NCBI GenBank assembly: GCA_002430725.1
Contig: DJCU01000040.1
Coordinates: 15,401-79,400, forward strand
Source: Candidatus Gottesmanbacteria bacterium UBA5942
GTDB taxonomy: Bacteria > Patescibacteriota > Microgenomatia > UBA10105 > UBA927
Direction of reading: 5' to 3'
DNA length: 64,000 bases
Position 1 is the stretch's first letter, and every line of letters begins with the position of its first letter. Under the pieces are notes generated by a model. That model was not told the DNA's origin and searched no databases. It worked only from the letters and a program-made list of their open reading frames with translations. A program made the translations under genes and the position numbers. Below are positions 1-9,482 of this stretch, piece by piece.

Positions 1-59
1 TTGACAGTGAGCAAGGATAAATTACCTGCTGAAAAGCAAGTGGTTGTACTGCAAGCATC

Positions 60-1412
60 ATGACGAGTCCTAAAGTTCCTCCACACGATGATGTCGCCGA
101 ACAGTCGATACTCGGGGCGATACTTATCGATAAAGATACAATGATCGATGTTGCGGAGTTTTTGCGCCCGCATCATTTTTATTCCCCGTCAAATGGGCTG
201 GTATTTGAATCCATGATGGAGCTTTACGAAACGCATGAGCCCATAGATGTGGTGACGGTAGCCGCGCAGCTGAAGCAAAAAGGCGCGATAAAAGATATCG
301 GTGGGCCCGCATATTTGGCTGATCTAGTAAATGTCGTACCGACCAGCGCGCACGCGGAACAGTACGCGCGTATTATTGTTGAACACGCGACAAAACGAAA
401 ACTTGTGGAGGCCGCGGCAAAAATTACCGAGATGGCATTTCGAGACGAGGGAGGATCACAATCTATCGTCAACGAAGCTGAAATGGAAATATTTGCGATT
501 GCACAATCCACCACGCGGCGTGATTTTATCCCAATCAAAGACGCACTCGCAGCATCATTTGATCGTTTGGATGAATTGCACAAACGAGCAGGGGGACTTC
601 GTGGCGTACCGACTGGCTTTACTGAGCTAGATACAAAACTTGCTGGTATGCAGGATGCAAACCTTATTATTCTTGCCGCCCGACCAGGTACCGGTAAGAC
701 AGCAATGATCCTTAACATGGCACAACATGCTACGGTAAAAGAAAAAATACCAACTGGTATTTTTTCGCTCGAAATGAGCAAGGAAGAATTAGTTGATCGT
801 TTATTGGTAAGCCAAGCTGATATTGAGGCGTGGCGTCTCAAAACTGGCAAACTTACTGATGATGATTTTACAAAATTATCAGACGCGATGGGGGAGCTTG
901 CTGAAGCACCACTTTTTATTGATGATACGCCCGGCATGAACATAATCGAGATGCGGACAAAAGCGCGGAGACTTCAAGTGGAACATGGAGTGAAACTTAT
1001 CATTGTCGACTATTTGCAGCTTTGTGATCCTGGTCGCAAACTTGATAACCGCGTGCAGGAGGTGTCGGTGATTTCCCAAAACTTAAAAAATCTTGCTCGC
1101 GAACTTCGTATCCCAGTACTTGCGTGTTCACAGCTTTCCCGTGCAGTAGAAGCGCGCGGCAACAAAGTGCCGGAGTTATCAGATTTGCGGGAGTCTGGTT
1201 CTATTGAACAAGACGCTGACGTTGTCATGTTTTTGTACCGCGAAGAAACTGATCAAAGTATGTGGGGTGAGCAAATTGCGACAAAGCTCCGGATAGCCAA
1301 ACACCGTAACGGACCTTTGGGTGAAATTGACCTTATATTCCGGGGAGACCGCATCCGGTTTTACTCAGTTGAGCGCAAGCACACTGACTCGATGCCACCA
1401 GCAGTTCACTGA
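60..1412 (+). CDS. dnaB: Replicative DNA helicase DnaB
   Basis: N-terminal DnaB fold (AEQSILGAILID), Walker A ARPGTGKTA, RecA-like C-terminal domain; 450 aa with no intein. Confidence 0.95.
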   Translation: MTSPKVPPHDDVAEQSILGAILIDKDTMIDVAEFLRPHHFYSPSNGLVFESMMELYETHEPIDVVTVAAQLKQKGAIKDIGGPAYLADLVNVVPTSAHAEQYARIIVEHATKRKLVEAAAKITEMAFRDEGGSQSIVNEAEMEIFAIAQSTTRRDFIPIKDALAASFDRLDELHKRAGGLRGVPTGFTELDTKLAGMQDANLIILAARPGTGKTAMILNMAQHATVKEKIPTGIFSLEMSKEELVDRLLVSQADIEAWRLKTGKLTDDDFTKLSDAMGELAEAPLFIDDTPGMNIIEMRTKARRLQVEHGVKLIIVDYLQLCDPGRKLDNRVQEVSVISQNLKNLARELRIPVLACSQLSRAVEARGNKVPELSDLRESGSIEQDADVVMFLYREETDQSMWGEQIATKLRIAKHRNGPLGEIDLIFRGDRIRFYSVERKHTDSMPPAVH

Positions 1413-1540
1413 CGTATTCCTTCTTGCCGCGTTTTTACGCTATAATAGTCACTAGTTTGTTGCTCAATATTGATAAATACATATTGCCGAGGTGGCCCCT
1501 CAAAGCCACTGGGGCAACAGCATATTGATAAATACATATT

Positions 1541-1628
1541 GCCGAGGTGGCGGAATGGCAGACGCTCAGGTCTCAAAAACCTGTGAGGTTAACCCCTCGT
1601 GGAGGTTCGACTCCTCTTCTCGGCACCA
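1541..1628 (+). tRNA. tRNA-Leu (anticodon CAA), class II with long variable arm and encoded CCA
   Basis: Acceptor stem GCCGAGG/CTCGGC; anticodon stem CAGGT/ACCTG with loop CTCAAAA giving anticodon CAA; T-loop GGTTCGACTCC; 3' CCA. Confidence 0.85.
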
Positions 1629-1650
1629 TGTTGTGGTATAGTTTGCATAT

Positions 1651-2604
1651 ATGAAACTAAAAGATATTTACTCACTCGCAGTCACCATGGGTATAGCGTC
1701 TGATCCTCGAGGAAAAGAGGGGGTCGTCAAGCTTTTGGCGCGCAGAAAAAAAGCCTACGATGAATTGCCGAAATCGAAAAAAGAAGAATACGACATCGAA
1801 GATCTTACAAATCCCTATACGGACTCACGAATATTTTTGGGTGATCCTGAGATGGAAGTAGATTCCATTATGGCAGGCATTGATATCAATGCAGCCGAGG
1901 TATTGCTTGCTGATCGTTTGAACCAAAAAGGGGAAAGTATTGATTTGTTGCTCACACACCATCCCGAAGGAGCATCACTTGCCTCACTTCATGAAGTGAT
2001 GGATGTGCAGGCAGATATTTGGGCGAAGTATGGAGTTCCGATAAATATTGCCGAAGGAGTCATGCACGATCGAATCCGCGAGGTGCAGCGGCGATTTTCT
2101 CCAGTAAACCATGCAGAAGCTATCGATGCTGCACGTTTATTGGGATTGGCGTTTATGGGTATGCACACTATAACCGACAATTTGGTACATGAGTATATGG
2201 AGCAGTTGTTTGAAAAAACGAAACCGGAAACAGTAGGTGATGTATTGGATGTGTTGAAAAAAGAACCAGAGTACAAAGAAGCTATGAAAGGCAAAGCAGG
2301 CCCTATGATTTTTGCGGGTGACGCGCACAATCGGGCAGGGAAAGTCGCTCCGATAGAATTTACCGGTGGCACCGAGCCTTCACCGATTGTCTATGAAAAA
2401 CTTGCTATGGCAGGCGTGGGTACTGTTGTTGGCATGCACGCTGCCGAGGAACACCGCAAGGAAGCCATGAAATATCACATTAACCTAGTTATCGCAGGGC
2501 ACATGAGTTCGGATAGCTTGGGGATGAACTTGCTCCTTGATGCGTTTGAGAAAAAAGGCGTCAAGATACTTCCGTGTTCGGGCCTCATCCGAATCAAAAG
2601 ATAA
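1651..2604 (+). CDS. NIF3 (YqfO/YbgI) family dinuclear-metal-centre protein with a lysine-rich N-terminal extension
   Basis: LGDPEMEVDSIMAGID...IDLLLTHHPEG matches the NIF3 N-terminal motif (xLLITHHP); C-terminal GHMSSDSLG matches the NIF3 GHxxSE region. Confidence 0.65.
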   Translation: MKLKDIYSLAVTMGIASDPRGKEGVVKLLARRKKAYDELPKSKKEEYDIEDLTNPYTDSRIFLGDPEMEVDSIMAGIDINAAEVLLADRLNQKGESIDLLLTHHPEGASLASLHEVMDVQADIWAKYGVPINIAEGVMHDRIREVQRRFSPVNHAEAIDAARLLGLAFMGMHTITDNLVHEYMEQLFEKTKPETVGDVLDVLKKEPEYKEAMKGKAGPMIFAGDAHNRAGKVAPIEFTGGTEPSPIVYEKLAMAGVGTVVGMHAAEEHRKEAMKYHINLVIAGHMSSDSLGMNLLLDAFEKKGVKILPCSGLIRIKR

Positions 2605-2605
2605 A

Positions 2606-3082
2606 TTACTTTTGGAGAAGGAGAAGAAAAAATACCACCGTTGCTACCTGTGTGACTAATCCAAGTGGAAGCTGTGCTTTTGTGTGGAATACATTGGGTA
2701 CTTTGTAAAATGCAAAGGCGAGCCACTCTAGCGCTCCTGCATTTTTCCCGGGTTCGAGCTTTTTTTGATGAGCAAAAAATATATACCATGGAGTTTCCAG
2801 CCAGTCAGGTAATATGCCGGCTACCACTGTTATCGCCCAAAGCGGGAACGGGAGATATTGTCCAAAGAAATAATATGATAATCCCAATCCAACGCTTGTT
2901 TCGATAATGGCAAATAAGCCTGTTTTATGTTTTGGTCGTGCGCGCCAATTTGTCCCAAAATCCCAATGCGGAATACTATCCATGATGTAGTGTGAGGTGA
3001 GTGCAAGAAGACTTGCGGTTATGGGATCGGTAAAACGTGCGGCAATAGCGCCAGCTACCAATGCGTGTGCGGTTGCGGTCAT
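2606..3082 (-). CDS. Polytopic membrane protein, possibly a YdjM/DUF457-like membrane-bound metal-dependent hydrolase
   Basis: Multiple hydrophobic helices and conserved His residues (SHYIMDSIPHWDFG); start trimmed to MTATAH because the 3151 start overlaps the divergent MFS gene. Confidence 0.35.
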   Translation of the reverse strand: MTATAHALVAGAIAARFTDPITASLLALTSHYIMDSIPHWDFGTNWRARPKHKTGLFAIIETSVGLGLSYYFFGQYLPFPLWAITVVAGILPDWLETPWYIFFAHQKKLEPGKNAGALEWLAFAFYKVPNVFHTKAQLPLGLVTQVATVVFFLLLLQK

Positions 3083-3130
3083 AATTGTATTGTATGATAA
3101 GATGGTTGTTGTTGCAAAACAGAGAAGTGT

Positions 3131-4444
3131 TTGCGTATGAGGGTGACACACCTTACAAAAAAAATGGATCCAGTGCTGGATGTGTTGTCCAACACATTAT
3201 TCCGCCGCCTTTGGATAGGGCAAATTGCCTCACAGCTTTCTAGCAACATGTTAGTATTTTTGCTTGCCCTTATTATTTATCGGGCGACCGGGAGTAATGT
3301 TGCGGTATCTGGTTTATTTTTAGCATACGGTTTGCCGTCATTACTTTTTGGGGTCATGGCGGGAACGATTGTTGATAGATTAGATAGAAGAGCAGTGTTG
3401 TTGGTGGCTCATGTGATCCGTGCACTGCTTATTGTCGGCGTCTATATGATGGGCGACCGGGTTTCTGCAGTGTATCTTTTGGTATTTGCGTATGCGGTGA
3501 TTAATCAGATGACAATGCCAGCAGAAGTGCCGCTCATCCCGCAATTCGTCCCCAAAACTCATTTGGTATCCGCAAATAGTCTTTTTTCATTTACGTTTTA
3601 CAGCAGTATGGCAATTGGCTTGATAAGCGCGGGACCAGTGCTTCGATGGTTGGGTCGTGATGGCGCGCACTTTTTGCTTTTTTCGCTGTATATAGTTGCG
3701 GCGATTTCTGTATTTGGTATACCCCCGCAGGGTGAGGGTATTAAATCACTTCGCAGAATTTTTCACTACGACTTTTTTTATATCGTCAAACGGTTTTTGG
3801 CAAACATGGAAGGTGGGATACAGTATGTTGCAAGGTCTCGCGTATTGCGGGACGCTGTCGTGCTGCTTACCGGCACTCAGATTATGTTAGTGCTTTTGGG
3901 TACACTTGGGCCGGGACTTGCCGATACAGTGCTCAAAATAGACGTGCGTGACGCGTCACTTCTTATCGTAGGCCCGACTATCGCGGGTATTTTATGTGGT
4001 GCATTATGGGTTGGTAATCGGGGATATCGCTATCCGTATAGAAAACTGATGAATATAGGGGTCGTATCTGCAGGGATTATTCTTATTACGGTTTCTTTGT
4101 TATTTGCAGTTGCCAACACTGTATGGTTTTCTCTGATGCCGCGACCGTTGGTACTCACCATTGCGCTTGGTTTATTTTTTCTTTTGGGAGTTGCCAATAG
4201 TTTATTGGATGTTCCTTCTAATACGTTATTACAAAAAGAAGCCCAAGGTGATATGCGGGGGAGAGTGTATGGTATTCTCTCCGCGTCCGTTGGTGGCGCA
4301 GGTATTTTGCCCGTTGTTGTAAGCGGAGTGCTTGCTGATCTTATTGGGGTAGGGAATGTTCTTTTTTTGCTTGGGCTCGTGGTAACATTGTATGGGCTAT
4401 ATCGACAGGTCATTAGGCGATTTGATAGTACGAAGGTAAAATAA
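3131..4444 (+). CDS. MFS transporter (EntS/YbdA-like)
   Basis: 12-TM profile; MFS motif GTIVDRLDRR after TM2; the true start may be the internal MDPVLDVL. Confidence 0.85.
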   Translation: MRMRVTHLTKKMDPVLDVLSNTLFRRLWIGQIASQLSSNMLVFLLALIIYRATGSNVAVSGLFLAYGLPSLLFGVMAGTIVDRLDRRAVLLVAHVIRALLIVGVYMMGDRVSAVYLLVFAYAVINQMTMPAEVPLIPQFVPKTHLVSANSLFSFTFYSSMAIGLISAGPVLRWLGRDGAHFLLFSLYIVAAISVFGIPPQGEGIKSLRRIFHYDFFYIVKRFLANMEGGIQYVARSRVLRDAVVLLTGTQIMLVLLGTLGPGLADTVLKIDVRDASLLIVGPTIAGILCGALWVGNRGYRYPYRKLMNIGVVSAGIILITVSLLFAVANTVWFSLMPRPLVLTIALGLFFLLGVANSLLDVPSNTLLQKEAQGDMRGRVYGILSASVGGAGILPVVVSGVLADLIGVGNVLFLLGLVVTLYGLYRQVIRRFDSTKVK

Positions 4445-4454
4445 CGTAAACCGT

Positions 4455-5297
4455 ATGATACCAACTATTATTCCAATAGATCAGGGAGGGATTGTTGTCA
4501 TCAACACCATTATCGTGGTGGCATGGCTTATTTTTTCATTTCTATTTTGGCGAGGACTTCGACATTTTGCAGTGGAAGAAGATAGGATTTTTGATCTGAC
4601 ATTTTATAGTACGCTCGCCGCATTTATCGCGGCACGTGCGGGCTTCGTGTTTATGCACTGGGAGCTTTTTGCGGGTAAATCATGGCTTCTTGTCGCTGCA
4701 TTGTGGGTTTCACCCGGATTATCGTGGCTCACCGGTTTGGTCGGTGGACTTGCTGTACTTACCATGTTGAGCCGACAATACAAAGTCCGGCTAGGGTTGG
4801 TATTAGATACGTTAGTTACCGCGTTGCCTTTGCCGATTATTCTTGTACTTGCTGGTTCGCTTATTACGGGATCTGCTCTTGGTGCAGTTACTACGTTACC
4901 TTGGGGAATTCGGATAGGCAGCGATGTAGCGAGGAGACATCCGGTAGAGCTATATGAAATGATATCGCTTATTTTTATCTCGCTTATTATGGTAAAGCTC
5001 GCGAGTGTGTCGCATAAACGAAAATGGCCGTATGGTATCGTTGGCATATGGTTTTTTCTTTTGTACGCGGTAAATGCATTCCTGCTTGAATTTGTTAAAG
5101 ATGCTCGTGTATACTGGAGTTCGTTAAGCGCCAATCAATGGATTTTGATTGGCATTTTTGCTGAATGTATTGGTGTATTGTATGTGCGGGGCGGCGGCAG
5201 GGAGCGGCTTCGTCCATTTATACAAAAAACCACAAATTTTTTTACAGAGAAAGGAAAGAAATTACATGAATCAGTTTCCCGCAGAAACACTCAGTGA
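4455..5297 (+). CDS. lgt: Prolipoprotein diacylglyceryl transferase
   Basis: Lgt signature PWGIRIG...RRHPVELYEMISLIFISLIM (compare E. coli RHPSQLYE); multi-TM. Confidence 0.7.
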   Translation: MIPTIIPIDQGGIVVINTIIVVAWLIFSFLFWRGLRHFAVEEDRIFDLTFYSTLAAFIAARAGFVFMHWELFAGKSWLLVAALWVSPGLSWLTGLVGGLAVLTMLSRQYKVRLGLVLDTLVTALPLPIILVLAGSLITGSALGAVTTLPWGIRIGSDVARRHPVELYEMISLIFISLIMVKLASVSHKRKWPYGIVGIWFFLLYAVNAFLLEFVKDARVYWSSLSANQWILIGIFAECIGVLYVRGGGRERLRPFIQKTTNFFTEKGKKLHESVSRRNTQ

Positions 5298-5643
5298 AAT
5301 AAAAGCACACCTTCTCGATGAGCAGGCGAGGCTCGCAGCACGTATAGAAGAGCTTTCTGGTCAGGATCCGTTCAGTGATCCAGGTAGAGCGACAGACAAC
5401 GCAGCGAGCGATACAGAAGCCAGTGAGGAAAGTAATCATGACCGAGTTTCAGCTTTGGTTGATGAGCTCAAAAAGCAGGCAGAAGATGTCGCGTTAGCAT
5501 TAGGAAAAATTAATGATGGCACATACGGTTTTTGTACCGAGTGTGGCACTATGATAGACACTGACCGGTTGGCTATCCACCCGACTGCTACAATGTGCTT
5601 GCAGTGCGAGATGAAAAAATCGAGTAGCTCGGGGAAAAAGTGA
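5266..5643 (+). CDS. DksA/TraR family C4-type zinc-finger protein
   Basis: Coiled-coil N-terminus; CTECG-x17-CLQC zinc finger; SD-like aaaggaaag upstream of the internal ATG at 5266; the longer 5149 ORF overlaps the lgt 3' end. Confidence 0.7.
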   Translation: MNQFPAETLSEIKAHLLDEQARLAARIEELSGQDPFSDPGRATDNAASDTEASEESNHDRVSALVDELKKQAEDVALALGKINDGTYGFCTECGTMIDTDRLAIHPTATMCLQCEMKKSSSSGKK

Positions 5644-6347
5644 ACATACCTATTCTTTACGAGGATAACGTTCTTCTTGTTATCAACAAACCTCCAGGGG
5701 TCGTGGTAAACAATGCTGAATCCGTGAAGGGAGAAACAGTACAAGATTGGGCAGCTCCTCGCCTTGAGGGAGCATTAGGTGAAGCTCCAAGTGAGGATGA
5801 GAAGGCGTTTTACGAACGGGCAGGTATCGTGCACCGTATAGACAAGGAAACCTCGGGTTGTTTGCTACTTGCGAAAAGTGTTCCCGTTTTTGTCGAGTTG
5901 CAACGACAGTTTAAAGAGCGGGAAGTCAAAAAAACATATATGGCGATTGTTCATGGCAGACTTGTTCCCGAAGAAGGTGAGATTAGAGCACCCGTAGGCA
6001 GGCTGCCCTGGAATAGAGAACGATTTGGCATTGTTCCCGGAGGCAAGGAGGCGGTGACAAAGTATAAAGTGATGCGTACAGGAAATTCGCATAAAACCGA
6101 TATTTCGTTAGTTGAGTTGTACCCGGAAACTGGACGTACTCATCAGATACGGGTGCACCTAAAATATATCAATCATCCGATTGTCGGTGACTGGCAGTAT
6201 GCCGGTCGTAAAACTGCGAGGAGTGATCGCGTGTGGGCGCCCAGAGTTATGCTGCACGCATATAAGGTTTCATTTACGCACCCCGACACCCATGAAATAC
6301 TTGCAATTGAAGCTCCTGTGCCGGATGATATGAACAGTATTATCTGA
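5640..6347 (+). CDS. RluA-family 23S rRNA/tRNA pseudouridine synthase
   Basis: Catalytic motif HRIDKETSGCLLLAKS; GTG start overlapping the upstream stop. Confidence 0.9.
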   Translation: MNIPILYEDNVLLVINKPPGVVVNNAESVKGETVQDWAAPRLEGALGEAPSEDEKAFYERAGIVHRIDKETSGCLLLAKSVPVFVELQRQFKEREVKKTYMAIVHGRLVPEEGEIRAPVGRLPWNRERFGIVPGGKEAVTKYKVMRTGNSHKTDISLVELYPETGRTHQIRVHLKYINHPIVGDWQYAGRKTARSDRVWAPRVMLHAYKVSFTHPDTHEILAIEAPVPDDMNSII

Positions 6348-6358
6348 CATTCCTGCAC

Positions 6359-8080
6359 ATGGAGCATTCACTATCCCTCATAACCACATTTTTATTACTT
6401 CTTTCGGCTGCATTGGGCGGAGGAGCTATCGCTGTTCAGTTGCGGTTGCCGTCTATTGTGGGGTATATAGCCGGTGGCATACTGGTCGGAAATGTGTTTC
6501 CTCAAGGGTTTGATCATCGGCTTATCACGATGATCGCGGAGGCAGGAGTGACGCTTCTTCTTTTTACCCTCGGTGTTGAATTTTCGTTCCATCGCCTGAA
6601 ACGAATTTTACATGCTGTCGCATGGCCAGCTATCGGACAAATTGTGATAACGCTTTTTATTGTCATGCTGGCGCTTATTGCGCTCAAAACGCCATTTATC
6701 CCTGCATTGTTTCTTTCAAGTGCAGCCGCGCTTTCTTCTACTGCGATCGTGGTGAAACTTTTATCTGAGCGAGGAGAGTTGGATTCGGTACCCGGAGAGC
6801 TTTCGACTGGCTGGCTTGTGGTGCAGGATTTAGCGGTTGTTCCTATTCTTATTTTACTTTCTGCAATTTCTTCTGTTTCATCGGGTGAAGGAGCAGTTCT
6901 ATCAGTGTTAGGGGCGATCGCATTTGCGATGCTCAAAGCAGGCATACTGATAGTTGCTGTACTGTACTTAGGCAGCAGAGGGGTGCCAAAATTACTCGGG
7001 GCGGTTGCGGGTTTTAAGAACAGAGAGTTGTTTCTCCTTACCACTATTGGAATTGTCTTTTTGGTCGGGTTACTGACATACGTCGTGGGACTTTCAGTAT
7101 CGTTAGGAGCATTTTTAGCGGGACTTCTTGTCGCGGAAACGAGTCAAAATCATGCAGTGTTTGCTGAAGTGAGACCGTTACGGGATTTATTTGCGGTCGT
7201 ATTTTTTGTGTCGCTTGGTATGGCGCTGCCGATTTCATCTTTGGTATCTTCGCTTCCAGTAATCGTTGTTATGACACTTGCGGTGATAGTGGTGAAAGGT
7301 GGGAGTATTTATACCTTACTTCGATTTTTGGGATACCATCGTAAAACTGCATTTTTGGTAGGTATATATCTTACACAAGTAAGTGAATTCGGATTTATCA
7401 TCGCGGGCATGGGGATTGCGCTCGGAGCACTTTCCGAACCGCAGTCATCGCTGCTTGTGGCGGTTACATTTATTACCATCCTTATTTCCAGTCCGCTTAT
7501 AAGTAATGGACATAAGGCATATTATTTCGTGCATAATTTTCTTAAAAGAATTCCAAAAACATTCCGCGACAAAGAAGAAGACACACCACGAGATGAAGGA
7601 TATCCAATACGCGATCACGTGGTCATTTGCGGTTATGGCAGGGTAGGAAAGTATATCGGTCGCGCATTGCAAATGAGCAACGTGCCGTTTCTTGTGGTTG
7701 ATTATAATCAGCACACCCTCGCGAGCCTTCGTGGGGCAGGTATTCAGACGGTCTATGGAGATCCTGCAGATAAAGATGTCTTGGATTATGCGCAGGTCGA
7801 CCTTGCGAAATCTGTGGTTATCGCGATCCCCGATAGGCATACGCAGGAAATGATTATTGGAAATGCATTATCGTTAAACCGCCGGATAAAAATTATTTGT
7901 CGAACGCATCATGAGGAAGATCAGCGGCATCTCAAATCTCTCGGGGTGCAAACGGTTATTCAGCCTGAATTTGAAGCGGCGCTTACTGTGGTAAATAAGT
8001 TACTACATGACTTCGGTGTTCCTCCCGAGGAAATGGCAGGAAAAATGAGTAGGCTTAAGATAGAACACGGGATTGGCTAA
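6359..8080 (+). CDS. CPA2 monovalent cation:proton antiporter (Kef-type) with C-terminal RCK/TrkA-N domain
   Basis: Na+/H+ exchanger membrane domain; Rossmann motif VVICGYGRVGKYIG in the C-terminal domain. Confidence 0.85.
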   Translation: MEHSLSLITTFLLLLSAALGGGAIAVQLRLPSIVGYIAGGILVGNVFPQGFDHRLITMIAEAGVTLLLFTLGVEFSFHRLKRILHAVAWPAIGQIVITLFIVMLALIALKTPFIPALFLSSAAALSSTAIVVKLLSERGELDSVPGELSTGWLVVQDLAVVPILILLSAISSVSSGEGAVLSVLGAIAFAMLKAGILIVAVLYLGSRGVPKLLGAVAGFKNRELFLLTTIGIVFLVGLLTYVVGLSVSLGAFLAGLLVAETSQNHAVFAEVRPLRDLFAVVFFVSLGMALPISSLVSSLPVIVVMTLAVIVVKGGSIYTLLRFLGYHRKTAFLVGIYLTQVSEFGFIIAGMGIALGALSEPQSSLLVAVTFITILISSPLISNGHKAYYFVHNFLKRIPKTFRDKEEDTPRDEGYPIRDHVVICGYGRVGKYIGRALQMSNVPFLVVDYNQHTLASLRGAGIQTVYGDPADKDVLDYAQVDLAKSVVIAIPDRHTQEMIIGNALSLNRRIKIICRTHHEEDQRHLKSLGVQTVIQPEFEAALTVVNKLLHDFGVPPEEMAGKMSRLKIEHGIG

Positions 8081-8101
8081 GGCGTATGGTACAATCCAAG
8101 G

Positions 8102-9286
8102 ATGACATTTAGCTTCAAAGTACGCAAACAGGACACCAAAACTAGGGCTCGATTGGGAGTAATAACTACGCCACATGGCGCTATTGAAACACCCGCGTTT
8201 GTACCTGTAGGAACGCAGGCGAGTGTGAAGTCGCTAAGCCCCGATGAGCTGCAGACACTTGGTGTCCAATTATTTTTTGTTAACACCTACCATGCCTACT
8301 TGAGACCCGGACTTTCTGTCATTAACAAATTTGGCGGGTTGCATGCGTTTATGGGCTGGCAGGGGCCAATCATTACTGATAGCGGAGGGTTTCAGGTGTT
8401 TTCGTTGGCTCGCCCCAAATATGTACCGCAGGATCGGGGTGAAGATAGGCCTTCACTCGTTAAAATTAGCGAGGATGGTGTGGAATTCCGGTCGCATTGG
8501 GATGGTAGTTTGCATACGTTTACCGCTGAGTCATCGATGCAATGGCAATGGCAATTGGGGAGCGATATACATATCGCGTTTGACGATTGCACTTCGTATC
8601 CTGCAACACATAAACAGGCGAAGATATCTATGGAGCGGACGCACCGATGGGCTCTTCGGAGCGTTTCTGAACACCAGAAACAGGCAAATACCCACAAGAA
8701 GCGACATAAGCCGTATCAAGCGCTCTATGGTGTCATACAGGGTAGTGTATATGAAGATTTGCGGGTAGCGTCAGCAAAATTTGTTCGGGAGCTAGCAGTA
8801 GATGGTATAGCTATTGGTGGAGTATCGGTGGGAGAAACAAAAACTGAAATGCGAGATGTGTTGTCATGGGTTTCTCCGCATTTACCAGAAGATAAGCCCC
8901 GGCATTTGTTGGGAGTAGGTGAGATTGATGACATATTTACACTGATAGCGTATGGCATGGACACCTTTGATTGTGTGCAACCAACGCGACTGGCGCGGAT
9001 GGGTAGGTTGTATGTAAAGAAAAATAAAAAACATGAGATCGATATCACCAAAAAAATATGGGAAAAAGACACAAAACCAATTGAGCCCGGTTGTCGGTGT
9101 TATACCTGTACCCACTTTTCTCGAAGCTACCTGCATCACTTGTTTCGGGTGCGGGAACTTTTGGCGTATCGTCTCGCCACTATTCATAACATTCATTTTA
9201 TAAACACACTCGTTTTAGACATTCGGGAAGCGATCAAAAATGGAGTATTTCTTGAAATGAAGAAGATCTGGGCTTACAATAAATAG
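8102..9286 (+). CDS. tgt: Queuine tRNA-ribosyltransferase
   Basis: N-terminus RLGVITTPHGAIETPAFVPVGT; zinc site CRCYTCTHFSRSYLHHL. Confidence 0.95.
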   Translation: MTFSFKVRKQDTKTRARLGVITTPHGAIETPAFVPVGTQASVKSLSPDELQTLGVQLFFVNTYHAYLRPGLSVINKFGGLHAFMGWQGPIITDSGGFQVFSLARPKYVPQDRGEDRPSLVKISEDGVEFRSHWDGSLHTFTAESSMQWQWQLGSDIHIAFDDCTSYPATHKQAKISMERTHRWALRSVSEHQKQANTHKKRHKPYQALYGVIQGSVYEDLRVASAKFVRELAVDGIAIGGVSVGETKTEMRDVLSWVSPHLPEDKPRHLLGVGEIDDIFTLIAYGMDTFDCVQPTRLARMGRLYVKKNKKHEIDITKKIWEKDTKPIEPGCRCYTCTHFSRSYLHHLFRVRELLAYRLATIHNIHFINTLVLDIREAIKNGVFLEMKKIWAYNK

Positions 9287-9311
9287 ATAAACTAAAGGAG
9301 GTTTATTTTAT

Positions 9312-9458
9312 ATGGGTAATTTTGGCGGATTTTATAAGGGCGATAAAAAGAAAGCGAAAAAAAAGGATTTAGAAAAGAAAGCGCAAAAACAGCTGTCCGG
9401 TGGTTCATGGCAGCTTCCTCAAGTGGAGATAATCAAAAAAGGGAAAAAAGAGTGGTAA
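9312..9458 (+). CDS. Small lysine-rich protein (48 aa), uncharacterized
   Basis: Strong SD aaaggagg 8 nt upstream of ATG; MGNFGGFYKGDKKKAKKKDLEKKAQKQLSGGSWQLPQVEIIKKGKKEW; below the 60-aa ORF-track cutoff. Confidence 0.35.
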   Translation: MGNFGGFYKGDKKKAKKKDLEKKAQKQLSGGSWQLPQVEIIKKGKKEW

Positions 9459-9482
9459 GCGAGTGGTTCTAATACACCTGCC

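Noticed and set aside
2606-3151. Full-length 181-aa minus-strand ORF starting at 3151
   Set aside because: Its first 23 codons overlap the start of the divergent MFS gene and use a GTG start without an SD. It was trimmed to the internal Met (3082).
8331-9196. Overlapping ORFs inside tgt on both strands
   Set aside because: Shadow ORFs of a highly conserved gene, with no independent signal.
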